Part shown: piece by piece, positions 28,647 to 39,466 of the stretch
Numbering within the stretch: the stretch's first letter is position 1
Layout: each line of letters begins with the position of its first letter
DNA from: an uncultured Bdellovibrionales bacterium
GTDB taxonomy: Bacteria; Patescibacteriota; Minisyncoccia; Moranbacterales; UBA1568
Assembly: GCA_964624415.1 (NCBI GenBank)
Contig: CAZUWR010000004.1
Coordinates: 1 to 61,290, forward strand
DNA length: 61,290 bases
Direction of reading: 5' to 3'
The notes under the pieces: model-generated
Databases searched by the model: none
Seen by the model: the letters and a program-made list of their open reading frames with translations, nothing else
Told to the model about the DNA's origin: nothing
Translations under genes and position numbers: made by a program

Positions 28647-30395
28647 TTACTCCTTGGTGACACGCAGTATTTCCTCAAGCGAAGTAATTCCTGAAACGGC
28701 TTTCATAAAGCCATCCTGTACCATCGTCGCCATCCCGGATTTCTGCGCTTGATTATCCAAAGCTTCGGTGGTTGCGGATTGCGTTACCAGTTTTTTGATC
28801 TCGGTCGTCATCTCAAGCACCTCATAGATACCCATTCGACCATGATATCCCTCGCCACCGCACTGATCGCAACCCTTTGCGCGATAAAAAGCGATTGACT
28901 CCCAGCCCTTCTTGATATCGAGTTTTTCTTTCAGGGTATCTTGTTTCGCCAAGAACGCCATAAGATTATCCATATCGAAAGTCTTGGCGAAAGTTTCAAC
29001 CTCCTTTGCATCGAGATGATATTCTTCACGACATTCGGGACATAATCGCCGTGTCAGTCGCTGAGCGATAATGACATTGACGGTAGATGCGATCAAGAAC
29101 GGCTCAGCACCCATATCAAGCATACGCGGCAGCGTCGCGGCAGCGCTGTTGGTGTGAAGCGTGGAAAGTACGAGATGCCCGGTCATAGCGGCGTGCAAGG
29201 CGATTTCAAGCGTCTCTTCATCGCGGATTTCCCCCACCATGATGATATCTGGATCCTGACGAAGAAGCGAACGGAGTGCCGCGGCGAAGGTCATATTGAT
29301 CTTCGGATTGACCTGGGTCTGATTGACGCGTGGCATACGATATTCTACCGGATCTTCGACCGTACTAATATTCACCTCGGGCGTATTGAGAATATCGAGT
29401 ATCGTATACAACGTCGTGGTTTTTCCACTTCCTGTCGGACCTGTTACCAGTACCATACCGTTTGGCTTACGGATTTCCCGATGAATCGCCTCCAACGAAT
29501 CACCCGAAAATCCCATTTTCTCAAGCGTCAAACCATGCGAGCCTTCATCGAGCAAACGCATCACGATTTTTTCACCATCAAAAACGGGCAAGATGCTTAC
29601 GCGAAAAGAAATCTTATACTCATCATTATGGATTTTAAAACGGCCATCCTGAGGCAGACGATGTTCATCGAGTTTCAAATTGGAAAGCACTTTGATACGA
29701 GCCACCAAACCGAGCGCCACATCTTTTGGCAGTGTCATCGCATCATGCAAGATACCGTCGATACGATACCGCACATGCACTTCCTTATCGGACGGTTCGA
29801 TATGGATATCACTCGCAGACTGCAAAATAGCATGCTTGAGCAGCGTATCTACCACGCGAATAACCGACATACCGCGTGCCGCCTTCTCAAGATTTTCCTC
29901 CGTTTCCTCGGTTGCAAGCGATTCGACGTCACCGCTTATCATTTCCCCGAAATCAGCCTGGAGGCTTTTCTCGTACTGCTTGAGAATTTCTTGTATGTTT
30001 TCCTGGGTTGTTAGACACGGCACTATCTTGAATCCTGTCTTTTTCTTGATGAAATCGATAGTCTGCAAGTCATCGGGATTAAGCATGGCCACCTTGATAT
30101 TGGCGCCCGTTTTCTCGAATGCCACGATACGATACTTCTTCGCGATCGGCTCCGGAATAAGCTGGAGTATCTCCGTAGGGATCACGCTTTTGTGCAGATC
30201 GACAAAAGGTATGCCTAAAATATAGGCATACATCTTTTGTATATCCATTTCGCTCAAAAGCTTCCTTTCTAAAAGCACATCACCCATCGGCTTCCCGCTC
30301 GAAATCGATTCCTGATAGACACTCTCAACAACATCCTTACCGATAAGACCGGCATCAAGGAGAAACTCTTGTAATTGTGTATTGCCTATGCGCAT
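28647..30395 (-). CDS. pilB: type IV pilus / type II secretion assembly ATPase (PilB/GspE family)
   Basis: Two N-terminal T2SSE_N-like segments, LVTGPTGSGKTTTLY (Walker A), IMVGEIRD, and a tetracysteine motif CPECREEY...CDQCGGEGYHGR. 582 aa. Confidence 0.9.
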   Translation of the reverse strand: MRIGNTQLQEFLLDAGLIGKDVVESVYQESISSGKPMGDVLLERKLLSEMDIQKMYAYILGIPFVDLHKSVIPTEILQLIPEPIAKKYRIVAFEKTGANIKVAMLNPDDLQTIDFIKKKTGFKIVPCLTTQENIQEILKQYEKSLQADFGEMISGDVESLATEETEENLEKAARGMSVIRVVDTLLKHAILQSASDIHIEPSDKEVHVRYRIDGILHDAMTLPKDVALGLVARIKVLSNLKLDEHRLPQDGRFKIHNDEYKISFRVSILPVFDGEKIVMRLLDEGSHGLTLEKMGFSGDSLEAIHREIRKPNGMVLVTGPTGSGKTTTLYTILDILNTPEVNISTVEDPVEYRMPRVNQTQVNPKINMTFAAALRSLLRQDPDIIMVGEIRDEETLEIALHAAMTGHLVLSTLHTNSAAATLPRMLDMGAEPFLIASTVNVIIAQRLTRRLCPECREEYHLDAKEVETFAKTFDMDNLMAFLAKQDTLKEKLDIKKGWESIAFYRAKGCDQCGGEGYHGRMGIYEVLEMTTEIKKLVTQSATTEALDNQAQKSGMATMVQDGFMKAVSGITSLEEILRVTKE

Positions 30396-30509
30396 ACTTT
30401 TTTATTTTTGTTTACACATTCAAGTATCTTTCTTGTCCTCAGTATACCATATTTTTAAAGACAGAAGACACCTTCAAAAAGTCGTTACGCTCTACTATCG
30501 CCTGAAAAA

Positions 30510-32171
30510 TTATTTGGTCAAGATGATGCTATTGGTCGATGCGTCATCACTTGATTGCGGAGATACTACGGCAACAGGATTCGCTTCGACTGAGAAAGTA
30601 TCCATCTTGTCGGTCCGTGGAGGCGGAGCAGGAGGATATACATTAAAGTTTATAGGAAGCGGTTTGGCGGGTACGATCGGCTGTGATGAATCCGATTGAT
30701 GTGTAGCCTCTTCATTGGTGATGCGCTCTTCCAAATGATGCATCGCGTCCTCTTCCTTGCGCATTTTTTTCAACAATACAACGATAATCACTATAAGAAC
30801 GATTACCGCGAAAACGCCTCCGGCAATAAACCAGCGTGTCGAAGTAGGCATAGATGAGAAAGCCTCCTTCTTTTCATCCCAACGAGTATCCACTGAACGA
30901 CCTTCTGCCATCATCGCCTTGCACTGATCGATATGGGACTGCACATACGTACGGGTTCCGAAAGAATTATTACTTTTCGCTGCCAACTCGAATTCATCTA
31001 CGGCATCCTTGCAGTGACGCTGCTCTTTATAGGACAACCCTGCCAAATAATGCCTCGGATAAGAAGATGTATTGATTGATGATGGCATATTTGCATCCGG
31101 CAAGGCGAATTGTTGAGCTGAAGCGATCAGAACACTCGCCGGCAAGGCGAATGCGAAATTATCCCCTTCCTGGCGATCGCTATTGTCCGCCTGAAAAGTG
31201 ACCAATCCTACAACTTCGCCCTTATCATTCACCATCGGCCCACCGCTGGAACCGTGCGAAACCTTAGCGTCCGTTTGAAAAATCTTGAAATCCTTTTTCT
31301 GAGAATCCTTGATAGCGCTCAGCACGCCCTGCGTGAGCGTCGATTCCAAAAGATTCTTTTGATTGAATTCGGCCGATGCCGGAAAACCGAAAATGGAAAC
31401 CTTGTTCCCCTGGGTCAAACCATCCGAAGTGCCTATTTTCAAGGTAGGAAGATTGGTTTGATCGATTTTTATCAAAGCAACGTCCTTGTCATCTTTTGAA
31501 AAATCATCATTGACGCTTATCATTTTTGCCGGAAAACCGCTCTGGAACAAATCTTTCAATTCTTCCTGCGGAGATTTCGGATCCAATACGACGATATTTT
31601 TATCTATCGTGAACTGGCTATTGGTAGCGATGTAATCCCGTGCCTGATCACCCATACCCTTCACTATTTTTTTCAATGACTCTTGATCCTTATACTTTTC
31701 CAGGACTTCAGGAGAAACATCTTTCGGATTCCTGGAAATCTCCTGCACGGCAGCATTAGCTACCAATGCCATCACCTGAGCAGCAACTACCTCTTTGATA
31801 GTTTGTCTTGAGACGACGTGGGAGTTTGTCATGATATATCCATCAGAATTCACCACAAAACCACTTCCTTCGATATACGTATCGAATGGCACATCGAGTT
31901 TGTTCGGGCTCTCGGACATCGGCGTAAATGAAAGCGTCTTGAGGCTGATATTGAAATTCGGCACGACAGCATGGCCTTTTACACGCTCCACAATACGCAC
32001 TACCCCTGGCTTGGTCAGTGCCACAACATCTTCTTGACTGATATTTTTCGGAACCGCTGAAACCTCAGCTGAAGGTTGCTTCTTCAAAAAAGAGACATAC
32101 CAAAAACAACCTCCGGCTATAGCGAACACTGCACCGAAAACCGCTATCACAATCCACCATTTTTTTTGCAT
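30510..32171 (-). CDS. membrane-anchored trypsin-like (S1C/HtrA-like) serine protease with second TM helix and Pro-rich cytoplasmic tail
   Basis: N-terminal TM WWIVIAVFGAVFAIAGG. Triad contexts GSGFVVNSDGYIMTNSHVV, DVALIKID and SHGSSGGPMVNDKGEVVGL. Second TM WFIAGGVFAVIVLIVIIVVLL. Tail PAKPLPINFNVYPPAPPPR. No PDZ domain seen. Confidence 0.8.
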   Translation of the reverse strand: MQKKWWIVIAVFGAVFAIAGGCFWYVSFLKKQPSAEVSAVPKNISQEDVVALTKPGVVRIVERVKGHAVVPNFNISLKTLSFTPMSESPNKLDVPFDTYIEGSGFVVNSDGYIMTNSHVVSRQTIKEVVAAQVMALVANAAVQEISRNPKDVSPEVLEKYKDQESLKKIVKGMGDQARDYIATNSQFTIDKNIVVLDPKSPQEELKDLFQSGFPAKMISVNDDFSKDDKDVALIKIDQTNLPTLKIGTSDGLTQGNKVSIFGFPASAEFNQKNLLESTLTQGVLSAIKDSQKKDFKIFQTDAKVSHGSSGGPMVNDKGEVVGLVTFQADNSDRQEGDNFAFALPASVLIASAQQFALPDANMPSSINTSSYPRHYLAGLSYKEQRHCKDAVDEFELAAKSNNSFGTRTYVQSHIDQCKAMMAEGRSVDTRWDEKKEAFSSMPTSTRWFIAGGVFAVIVLIVIIVVLLKKMRKEEDAMHHLEERITNEEATHQSDSSQPIVPAKPLPINFNVYPPAPPPRTDKMDTFSVEANPVAVVSPQSSDDASTNSIILTK

Positions 32172-32237
32172 AGTTTTATTTTTGTATGATCGATGTTAAA
32201 CCACATATATCCATCATACCCCATATCATACAAAGGC

Positions 32238-32278
32238 AAAAGAAAAATCACCCCGATACCGAGAGTACCGGAGTGATT
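32238..32278 (-). terminator. rho-independent terminator of groEL
   Basis: AATCAC.CCG ... CGG.GTGATT stem, followed on the minus strand by TTTTTCTTTTG. It lies ~25 nt past the groEL stop. Confidence 0.6.
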
Positions 32279-32302
32279 CCACGAAAAGTCCGTCCTGTGA
32301 TA

Positions 32303-33997
<1,695 letters not shown>

Positions 33998-34101
33998 TCA
34001 TGTTTGGCACATTTCGTCGTTCTCCCGACGCGTCGGGACGCCTAAACAAAACTCAAACCTGAACATCCTTTGAGATTACTTTAACAGCTTACCTTTTCAT
34101 A

Positions 34102-34128
34102 TTAGCACTCTTTCATAGAGACTGCTAA
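34102..34128. promoter_or_regulatory. CIRCE operator (HrcA binding site) upstream of groEL
   Basis: TTAGCACTC-N9-GACTGCTAA versus the consensus TTAGCACTC-N9-GAGTGCTAA (one mismatch). It starts 4 nt downstream of the -10 box. Confidence 0.8.
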
Positions 34129-34132
34129 TATC

Positions 34133-34161
34133 ATTGTAGGAAAATCAAAAAAGACTGTCAA
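34133..34161 (-). promoter_or_regulatory. consensus-like sigma70 promoter of groEL
   Basis: Minus strand reads TTGACA-17 nt-TACAAT (-35 at 34156-34161, -10 at 34133-34138). Confidence 0.65.
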
Positions 34162-34218
34162 GAATATCATCTACTCTCAATCAGTCTTTTTCTCTCTATC
34201 CTTACTATCCCTCGAAAC

Positions 34219-35226
34219 TTAACGCTGTTCTTTGTATTGCTTGTTCAACCGCACAAACAAAGACCCAACCGCGATCATGGCAAATCCAGCCAAAATAAGC
34301 GCTAATGGCCACCCGAAACTGTCGGCGAAGTATTCTCCTGTGATCTTGAAAATATACCCGACGAGTGCGAGTGATCCAATAATCAGGAAGGATCGGCTCC
34401 GTAATGGCAAACTCAAGAAAACCGAACCGAGCGAAAGTCCTGGAAAAATGAGTTCCCAAAAAATACTCTGATCCGGAGCGTATCCACCCAAAGTAAGCGC
34501 CGCACCGAAAAAGAATACGAGCCCGAATGAGTACAAATACTGAGTCAAGAGTACAAGACGATTCTGGACAAACGCATGTCCGAGCAATACATAGACCAAA
34601 CCGATAATCAGGAATTGATACGAAGCGAAATCACCTTCCGAAAAGATCGCCGTTCCGGAAGCGAGCCAACCGGTGATGCTCCAAAACAATCCCGTACCGA
34701 ACACGATACCAAAAAACGCGAAGAGGTCTTTGACAAATACCCTATACGAAACCACATATGCTGCAAAAAGCGCCGCATAAATCACGCTCATCGCCCCGAA
34801 TCCGGACGTATCTGCACCCATTTCATCCAGTGTCACAAACAATCCTATCGGCAAAACGAAAGCCGCGATCAAGTGAAACGCCTGCCCTATGGTAACGCGT
34901 GCCTCCTCACGGGAAAACATCACACCCAAAAAGTATGCCAATACACCCGAGCCGAGCGTCGACACAATCCGGGTAAATACACTGAGCTCATCCCAATGCT
35001 GCGAAAGAAAAATACCGATACCGATCACGACAATACCTCCGCCCAAATAGTACAAGATGTCCGCCATATGAAACGCTGGTGCGGATACGACTTCCGTAGA
35101 TGCAGCCCCCTCGTCATATGCCCTCACCACTTCTTCGCGCGATACCTGTTTTTCCTGAGATAACAGCGTTATCCCCTGGAGCAATTCTTCTTTATTCATA
35201 CAAGGATATCTTATTGGTTTATCCAC
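34219..35226 (-). CDS. polytopic membrane protein, DUF2157-like
   Basis: Short soluble N-terminus (NKEELLQGITLLSQEKQVSREEVVRAYDEG) followed by ~9 TM helices. The family call rests on overall architecture only. An alternative start at Met10 (35199) would remove the 16-nt overlap with the upstream gene. Confidence 0.5.
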   Translation of the reverse strand: MDKPIRYPCMNKEELLQGITLLSQEKQVSREEVVRAYDEGAASTEVVSAPAFHMADILYYLGGGIVVIGIGIFLSQHWDELSVFTRIVSTLGSGVLAYFLGVMFSREEARVTIGQAFHLIAAFVLPIGLFVTLDEMGADTSGFGAMSVIYAALFAAYVVSYRVFVKDLFAFFGIVFGTGLFWSITGWLASGTAIFSEGDFASYQFLIIGLVYVLLGHAFVQNRLVLLTQYLYSFGLVFFFGAALTLGGYAPDQSIFWELIFPGLSLGSVFLSLPLRSRSFLIIGSLALVGYIFKITGEYFADSFGWPLALILAGFAMIAVGSLFVRLNKQYKEQR

Positions 35227-35732
35227 CCGACAAACTCGAAATCATACGCATTATTGACTCCGCGCAATTCCAGCTTCTGACTGACCAAATGCCCAGTCAG
35301 ATATAAAGCCGGTACGGAGCTACCCCCGAATGGCCCGCTATACCCACCACTTTGAGAAACCTTGAAGCCATCAGACGATTGAATACGGTCATCAAGCTTC
35401 AACTGCGCCGCCTCATCAAAAGCAATACTCCTGCTTTCGCCAGTCGCCACATCATAGCGATACAGATGCGGTTCGACATACTGAGCCTTCATCGTCTCCG
35501 GTACTGAATCATCTCTTCGTGTCTCTTCTTTCACCAACTTACCGTTCACGACACGCACCGCATATGAGGGAATGACATACCCTTTCGTTGTATCGTTGGC
35601 AACATACACAAAACCATACGCGGGCTTCGGCGCCCACAAGCGAGGCAGATAGATACTCCCCGCCACGAAAAGTATCATCGCCACAGGCAATGCGACTGCC
35701 AACCACACCGACCAATTCTTTTTGATATCCAT
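35211..35732 (-). CDS. hypothetical signal-anchored extracytoplasmic protein
   Basis: 173 aa. MDIKKNWSVWLAVALPVAMILFVAGSIYLPR anchor, then a beta-rich domain. No family recognised. The N-terminal 29 aa are shared with the next gene. Confidence 0.6.
   Translation of the reverse strand: MDIKKNWSVWLAVALPVAMILFVAGSIYLPRLWAPKPAYGFVYVANDTTKGYVIPSYAVRVVNGKLVKEETRRDDSVPETMKAQYVEPHLYRYDVATGESRSIAFDEAAQLKLDDRIQSSDGFKVSQSGGYSGPFGGSSVPALYLTGHLVSQKLELRGVNNAYDFEFVGWINQ
35644..35732 (-). repeat. duplicated signal-anchor module, copy 1
   Basis: ~89 nt, roughly 85 percent identical by eye to 36190-36278, ending in the identical GCCAACCACACCGACCAATTCTTTTTGATATCCAT. Encodes MDIKKNWSVWLAV.LPVA.I.FVAGS.YLPR. 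Confidence 0.8.
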
Positions 35733-35783
35733 AGAAATAAAAAATAATAGTTTATGCTAGCTATTGCACTTTGCGTTTAGAAA

Positions 35784-36278
35784 CTAATTTACGAAAACAT
35801 CTGTTTCTCCTGTATCATCAAGGTTTAATACGGATTGACTCTCAGCTCTGATTATTATCCGGAAAGCGCCTACTATTTCCGCCGGAATTTCAATCTCTGT
35901 TTTAATATCCATAGATTTTCCAGGTTTTAAAAATACGGTTTCCGGAATATTTTTAATATTTATCCGTACCGGTAAGGTCAAATTTTTATCAATATTATAA
36001 ACGGATGCATCCGCACTAAGATGATAGGTGTCTGCATTCAGACCTAAATTAGTTACTTTAAATTCGTACGAATTCATCCCTTTCTGAAAATTTGACTTAT
36101 ATGGAGCTTTTACGCTTACACTATAAGGGGTCTCTATTTTTGAATTCTCTTCAAATGATATCCCTACATTAGAATCATTCGAGTGCCTTGGTAGATACAT
36201 ACTCCCCGCCACAAATATGATTATGGCCACAGGTAACACGACCGCCAACCACACCGACCAATTCTTTTTGATATCCAT
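35784..36278 (-). CDS. hypothetical signal-anchored protein with Ig-like/beta-sandwich-looking domain (AT-rich cassette)
   Basis: ORF 35784..36338 trimmed to Met21 (MDIKKNWSVWLAVVLPVAIIIFVAGSMYLPR). The remainder (FKVTNLGLNADTYHLSADAS...LKPGKSMDIKTEIEIPAEIVGAFRIIIRAES) resembles CARDB/NEW3-type beta-sandwich repeats. The body of the gene is markedly AT-rich. Confidence 0.55.
   Translation of the reverse strand: MDIKKNWSVWLAVVLPVAIIIFVAGSMYLPRHSNDSNVGISFEENSKIETPYSVSVKAPYKSNFQKGMNSYEFKVTNLGLNADTYHLSADASVYNIDKNLTLPVRINIKNIPETVFLKPGKSMDIKTEIEIPAEIVGAFRIIIRAESQSVLNLDDTGETDVFVN
36190..36278 (-). repeat. duplicated signal-anchor module, copy 2
   Basis: See 35644-35732. Similarity stops abruptly downstream of the anchor. 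Confidence 0.8.
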
Positions 36279-36387
36279 AAAGATAAAGCTTAATAAAATA
36301 CAAATGCTTCCTAATGCCAGTATATCACCTTCGGACACATCTTCAAGAAATTGAAAGACTCCTCCATTACTGAAAGAGCCTTTATAC

Positions 36388-37008
36388 TTACGGGTATTTT
36401 ACCCACAAAATCATCGTTGCCGTATAAACGGCACAAAATGACGCGAAAAGAAAGAAGAGTGACATATTGCCAAACCATAATGCATACGCCATCCAGCATA
36501 TGACGCTGAGGTTATACACGGTAATCATGCCTATAGATACACTACCTCTCGTTTTATTCTTGACTATCAAATACGGTTGATGACACGTCATCACGACACC
36601 TGTATAGCCAAGGACTTGAAACAAAACGCTCCGCCACTCATCATGCAAAATCATAATGAGAAGCGTGCTCCAAAGCACAAGGTACAACAATAGCTCGGAT
36701 TTCCGCATCCGATATCCGTACATCATCACACCCACAATAATAGGGACATACAGGATACACCGTACGATGCCCTGAAACTGCATGACGTAATCCTTGGTTG
36801 CCAATCCCTGCACAATGAATCCGGCAAACATAACCGTAAAGGTCATTGTCCAAATCAAAGAAACGCTCTTCGGATTTTTGGTCCAAATTCTCCAGGCCTG
36901 ATCAAGCTGACCAAAGCCTCCGATGATACCGAACAGTATCACCATTAAACCGGAAATAAATCCGGGTACATCTTGTACATACGCACTCATTTCCCCACCT
37001 CGCTTCAT
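36388..37008 (-). CDS. seven-TM membrane protein with two PQ-loop-like repeats (SWEET/PQ-loop-like)
   Basis: Two internally similar halves, each with a helix followed by Q..(I/V)...K....VS: GQLDQAWRIWTKNPKSVSLIW and HQPYLIVKNKTRGSVSIGM. 200-206 aa. Assignment is tentative. Confidence 0.4.
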   Translation of the reverse strand: MKRGGEMSAYVQDVPGFISGLMVILFGIIGGFGQLDQAWRIWTKNPKSVSLIWTMTFTVMFAGFIVQGLATKDYVMQFQGIVRCILYVPIIVGVMMYGYRMRKSELLLYLVLWSTLLIMILHDEWRSVLFQVLGYTGVVMTCHQPYLIVKNKTRGSVSIGMITVYNLSVICWMAYALWFGNMSLFFLFASFCAVYTATMILWVKYP

Positions 37009-37082
37009 TGATTGTTAATATACTATCACGACCCCTTATTGTAGCATACTCACAGCAAAAAGTCAAGCAAAACAGGGCGCAA

Positions 37083-37111
37083 TTGGCTAAACTACCGACA
37101 TTGGCTATACT
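37083..37111 (+). promoter_or_regulatory. sigma70-like promoter for the 37142 gene
   Basis: TTGGCT (37083-37088)-17 nt-TATACT (37106-37111), 30 nt upstream of the ATG. Confidence 0.45.
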
Positions 37112-37141
37112 GGAAAAAGATTCATCACAACGACAATAACT

Positions 37142-37549
37142 ATGGAAACATTCCCGGAAACACCTCAACAGATATCAAAAACTGAGCTCTTCTACCAAGA
37201 ACTCCTCGAAAAAGCGCTCGCGTCCATTCCTGAGTCCGGAGCCGTCATGGTCATAGGACCGCTTTTCATCTTGCGTCCCACTACGGAAAATCTTTCGATA
37301 CTGCAAAAAGCCCAACAGGATTTGCGCAAGCAAGGCCAGGAAGTCTTCGATCAGCGTCCTTTCTTGGATATCTCCCTCCCTGACGCGCCTTTCGACTACC
37401 AGGTGAAATTCCCGCTCTTTTTCAAAAAACTCATTCAATCAGGAAAAATAACCGCCTGTTACCTCATGGACGATTGGGAAAAGTCTGAGGGTACTCGAAC
37501 CGAAGTGGAGTATTGCAAAGAAGCCGGCATCCCGATTTTCAAACTCTAA
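37142..37549 (+). CDS. DUF4406 / nucleoside 2-deoxyribosyltransferase-like protein
   Basis: 135 aa. The C-terminal ACYLMDDWEKSEGTRTEVEYCKEAGIPIF resembles the DUF4406 signature (W..S.G...E...A...G.P). One of the few plus-strand genes. Confidence 0.4.
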   Translation: METFPETPQQISKTELFYQELLEKALASIPESGAVMVIGPLFILRPTTENLSILQKAQQDLRKQGQEVFDQRPFLDISLPDAPFDYQVKFPLFFKKLIQSGKITACYLMDDWEKSEGTRTEVEYCKEAGIPIFKL

Positions 37550-37582
37550 GAACCTGTCGATAACCTCATATCAAGTATCGGG

Positions 37583-38635
37583 CTACACCTTGAAAATCAT
37601 CACATCGCCATCCTTGACGATATATTCTTTACCCTCAAGACGAAGCTTGCCGGTCTCGCGTGCCTTGCCCCAGGCTCCGGCATCGAGCAGGTCCTGCCAA
37701 TGGATCACTTCCGCGCGGATGAATTTGTCTTCGAAGTCGCTGTGGATGGCTGCGCCTGCCTGCGGCGCGGTCGAGCCCTGCTTGATCGTCCAAGCACGCG
37801 TCTCCTGTTCGCCCGTGGTGAAAAAAGTCATCAGTCCCAAAAGCGAATAGGCTTTGCGGATCAAATCGTGAATATGCGATTGCAATTCCAACTCCTGTTT
37901 ATCCTCCTCGGACATATCCATCAATTCCTCCTCGATCTTGATATCCAATCGCACATACGGCTTTTCCTCCAAGTGTGCCGGAAGCGTCGCCTCAAGATCC
38001 GACATATTATACACATACAAAAACGGCTTGGCGGTCAAGAGCGACAACTCGATCATCAGCTTCCTCACGGCTTCGTCCTGCATATTGACGGGCACGGTAT
38101 TGGCGAGCTGTCCTTTGGACAACCCTGTTTCCAAAGCCTCAAGCACCCCGAACTGCGCGATCGCTTCCTTGTTGCCGGCGCGCACTTCCTTGATACTGCG
38201 AACTTTGCGCTTGGCGATGGTTTCCATATCCGCCAAAATAAGCTCGGTATTGACGATATCGATATCGTGCTCACCATCCACCTTGTTGTGCACGTGGATG
38301 ATATTCGGATTTTCGAACAAACGCACCACCTGCACAATGGCATCCACCTCGCGGATATTGGCCAAAAATTTATTCCCCAATCCCTCGCCCTGACTTGCCC
38401 CTTTGACGAGTCCCGCGATATCCACAAATTCCACCACGGCCGGTACGATCTTTTTCGTCTTGGACATATCCGACAATTGCTGCAAACGGGTGTCCGGCAC
38501 TTCCACGATGCCCACATTGGGCTCGATAGTGCAGAATGGATAATTGTTGATATCCACCGTTTTGCGCGTCAATACCTTGAACAGGGTTGATTTCCCCACA
38601 TTCGGCAGCCCCACGATTCCAACTTGCAATGCCAT
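37583..38635 (-). CDS. ychF: ribosome-binding ATPase YchF
   Basis: [23 protein letters not shown] (G1), [20 protein letters not shown], and a TGS-like C-terminus [15 protein letters not shown]. 350 aa. Confidence 0.95.
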   Translation of the reverse strand: MALQVGIVGLPNVGKSTLFKVLTRKTVDINNYPFCTIEPNVGIVEVPDTRLQQLSDMSKTKKIVPAVVEFVDIAGLVKGASQGEGLGNKFLANIREVDAIVQVVRLFENPNIIHVHNKVDGEHDIDIVNTELILADMETIAKRKVRSIKEVRAGNKEAIAQFGVLEALETGLSKGQLANTVPVNMQDEAVRKLMIELSLLTAKPFLYVYNMSDLEATLPAHLEEKPYVRLDIKIEEELMDMSEEDKQELELQSHIHDLIRKAYSLLGLMTFFTTGEQETRAWTIKQGSTAPQAGAAIHSDFEDKFIRAEVIHWQDLLDAGAWGKARETGKLRLEGKEYIVKDGDVMIFKV

Positions 38636-38664
38636 AAGAGTAGTATTAAAAAAATATCTTGTTT

Positions 38665-38819
38665 CTTGCTCGGGTATTCAAAATTTTTGTCCAAATAGAC
38701 TCGGGCTGTATGTTTTTTATCTAAAAATATCCCTCACTCGACACAATCAATGGCTATTTTTAGAAAAAACATACGCCCTTAAACAATATTTGACCAAAAA
38801 TTTCAAACACCCAAGCGAG
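38665..38819 (-). ncRNA. candidate structured RNA element, copy 2 (~155-nt extended hairpin upstream of ychF)
   Basis: - Outer arms 38665-38688 / 38796-38819.
- Nearly continuous helix down to CTAAAAATA/TATTTTTAG, which closes the same 25-nt apex.
- The core 38724-38760 is identical to 3695-3731.
- Of five non-Watson-Crick outer-stem positions, four become G:U only in the minus-strand transcript. Confidence 0.55.
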
Positions 38820-38983
38820 AAAATGTAAGCGTGACTATACCCCATTCTAGCGGAAAAATGGGGAAAAGTAAAGGTTTCGGCATTGTGAGGCAAAGTAAAA
38901 AGCGCCGGGAAGATACATTGTCTCTATATTATTATAGAGACATATCTTCATCGACGCTTCGGTGCTCGGTTTCGAGCAGAAAC

Positions 38984-39466
38984 TTAGTACATATAATGCA
39001 CATACGAAAAAGTGGGTAAACACAGGTAATAGTAATGACTCGTTGATTTGTAGCCATTTTTTACCGCTGTCACTGTGCTGGTTTTGCCATCGCACGATGA
39101 ACCAAAAGTGAGCGTTCCGCCAAACAGATGAAACTTTTTTTGCCCAGACGCAGGCTCGAATTTTTTTATTGACTGTGTTTTTGACCTTTGTCCCCAATCT
39201 TCTGGGATTTTCATCATCGTTCCCGCCGGCGTTACCTGGATTTGATGTTTTCTTTCTTGCTGATATTTCTGGTGTTGCTGATCAATCAGCGCACCGATAC
39301 CATTTTTTTTATACTGTTCATGCTGCGCTAAAATACCAAGCGCCACTACTACTGCTACACTTACTGCAGTAAGTGTAATCACGAGTACCCGCAAAAATTC
39401 GGCTAATGTATACTCGCCCATGTTTTTTATTTTGAAACTACGTGTTTTCATAACAAAGCCCTCCAC
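38984..39466 (-). CDS. hypothetical membrane-anchored protein, weakly pilin-like N-terminus
   Basis: MKTRSFKIKNMGEYTLAEFLRVLVITLTAVSVAVVVALGIL resembles a class III (prepilin) signal, G-x-Y-T-L-A-E, but with one extra residue. Two Cys near the C-terminus. Start codon uncertain (39466, 39451 or 39421). Confidence 0.45.
   Translation of the reverse strand: MEGFVMKTRSFKIKNMGEYTLAEFLRVLVITLTAVSVAVVVALGILAQHEQYKKNGIGALIDQQHQKYQQERKHQIQVTPAGTMMKIPEDWGQRSKTQSIKKFEPASGQKKFHLFGGTLTFGSSCDGKTSTVTAVKNGYKSTSHYYYLCLPTFSYVHYMY

Noticed and set aside
34148-34192. AAAAAGACTG ... CAGTCTTTTT as the terminator of the DUF2157-like gene
   Set aside because: The 10-bp arms are separated by a 25-nt loop, and the right-hand part overlaps the -35 box of the much better supported groEL promoter. 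It could still act as a weak terminator, but I did not list it as a feature.
37700-38590. 296-aa plus-strand ORF, and similar long ORFs at 29154..30014, 43634..44548, 44996..45667, 46950..47729, 54914..55897, 56486..57301, 59250..59876, 7170..7817 and 11524..12177
   Set aside because: All lie antisense to, and fully inside, genes with unambiguous family motifs (ychF, pilB, rnj, manC, zwf, malic enzyme, methyltransferase, SulP, ftsK). Their translations are low-complexity, His/Arg/Leu-rich shadow frames with no recognisable motifs.
38847-39197. 116-aa minus-strand ORF overlapping the pilin-like gene in another frame
   Set aside because: It overlaps the more plausible 38984..39466 ORF and runs through two terminator-like palindromes (38841-38864 and 38917-38940). 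The sequence has no protein-like features.
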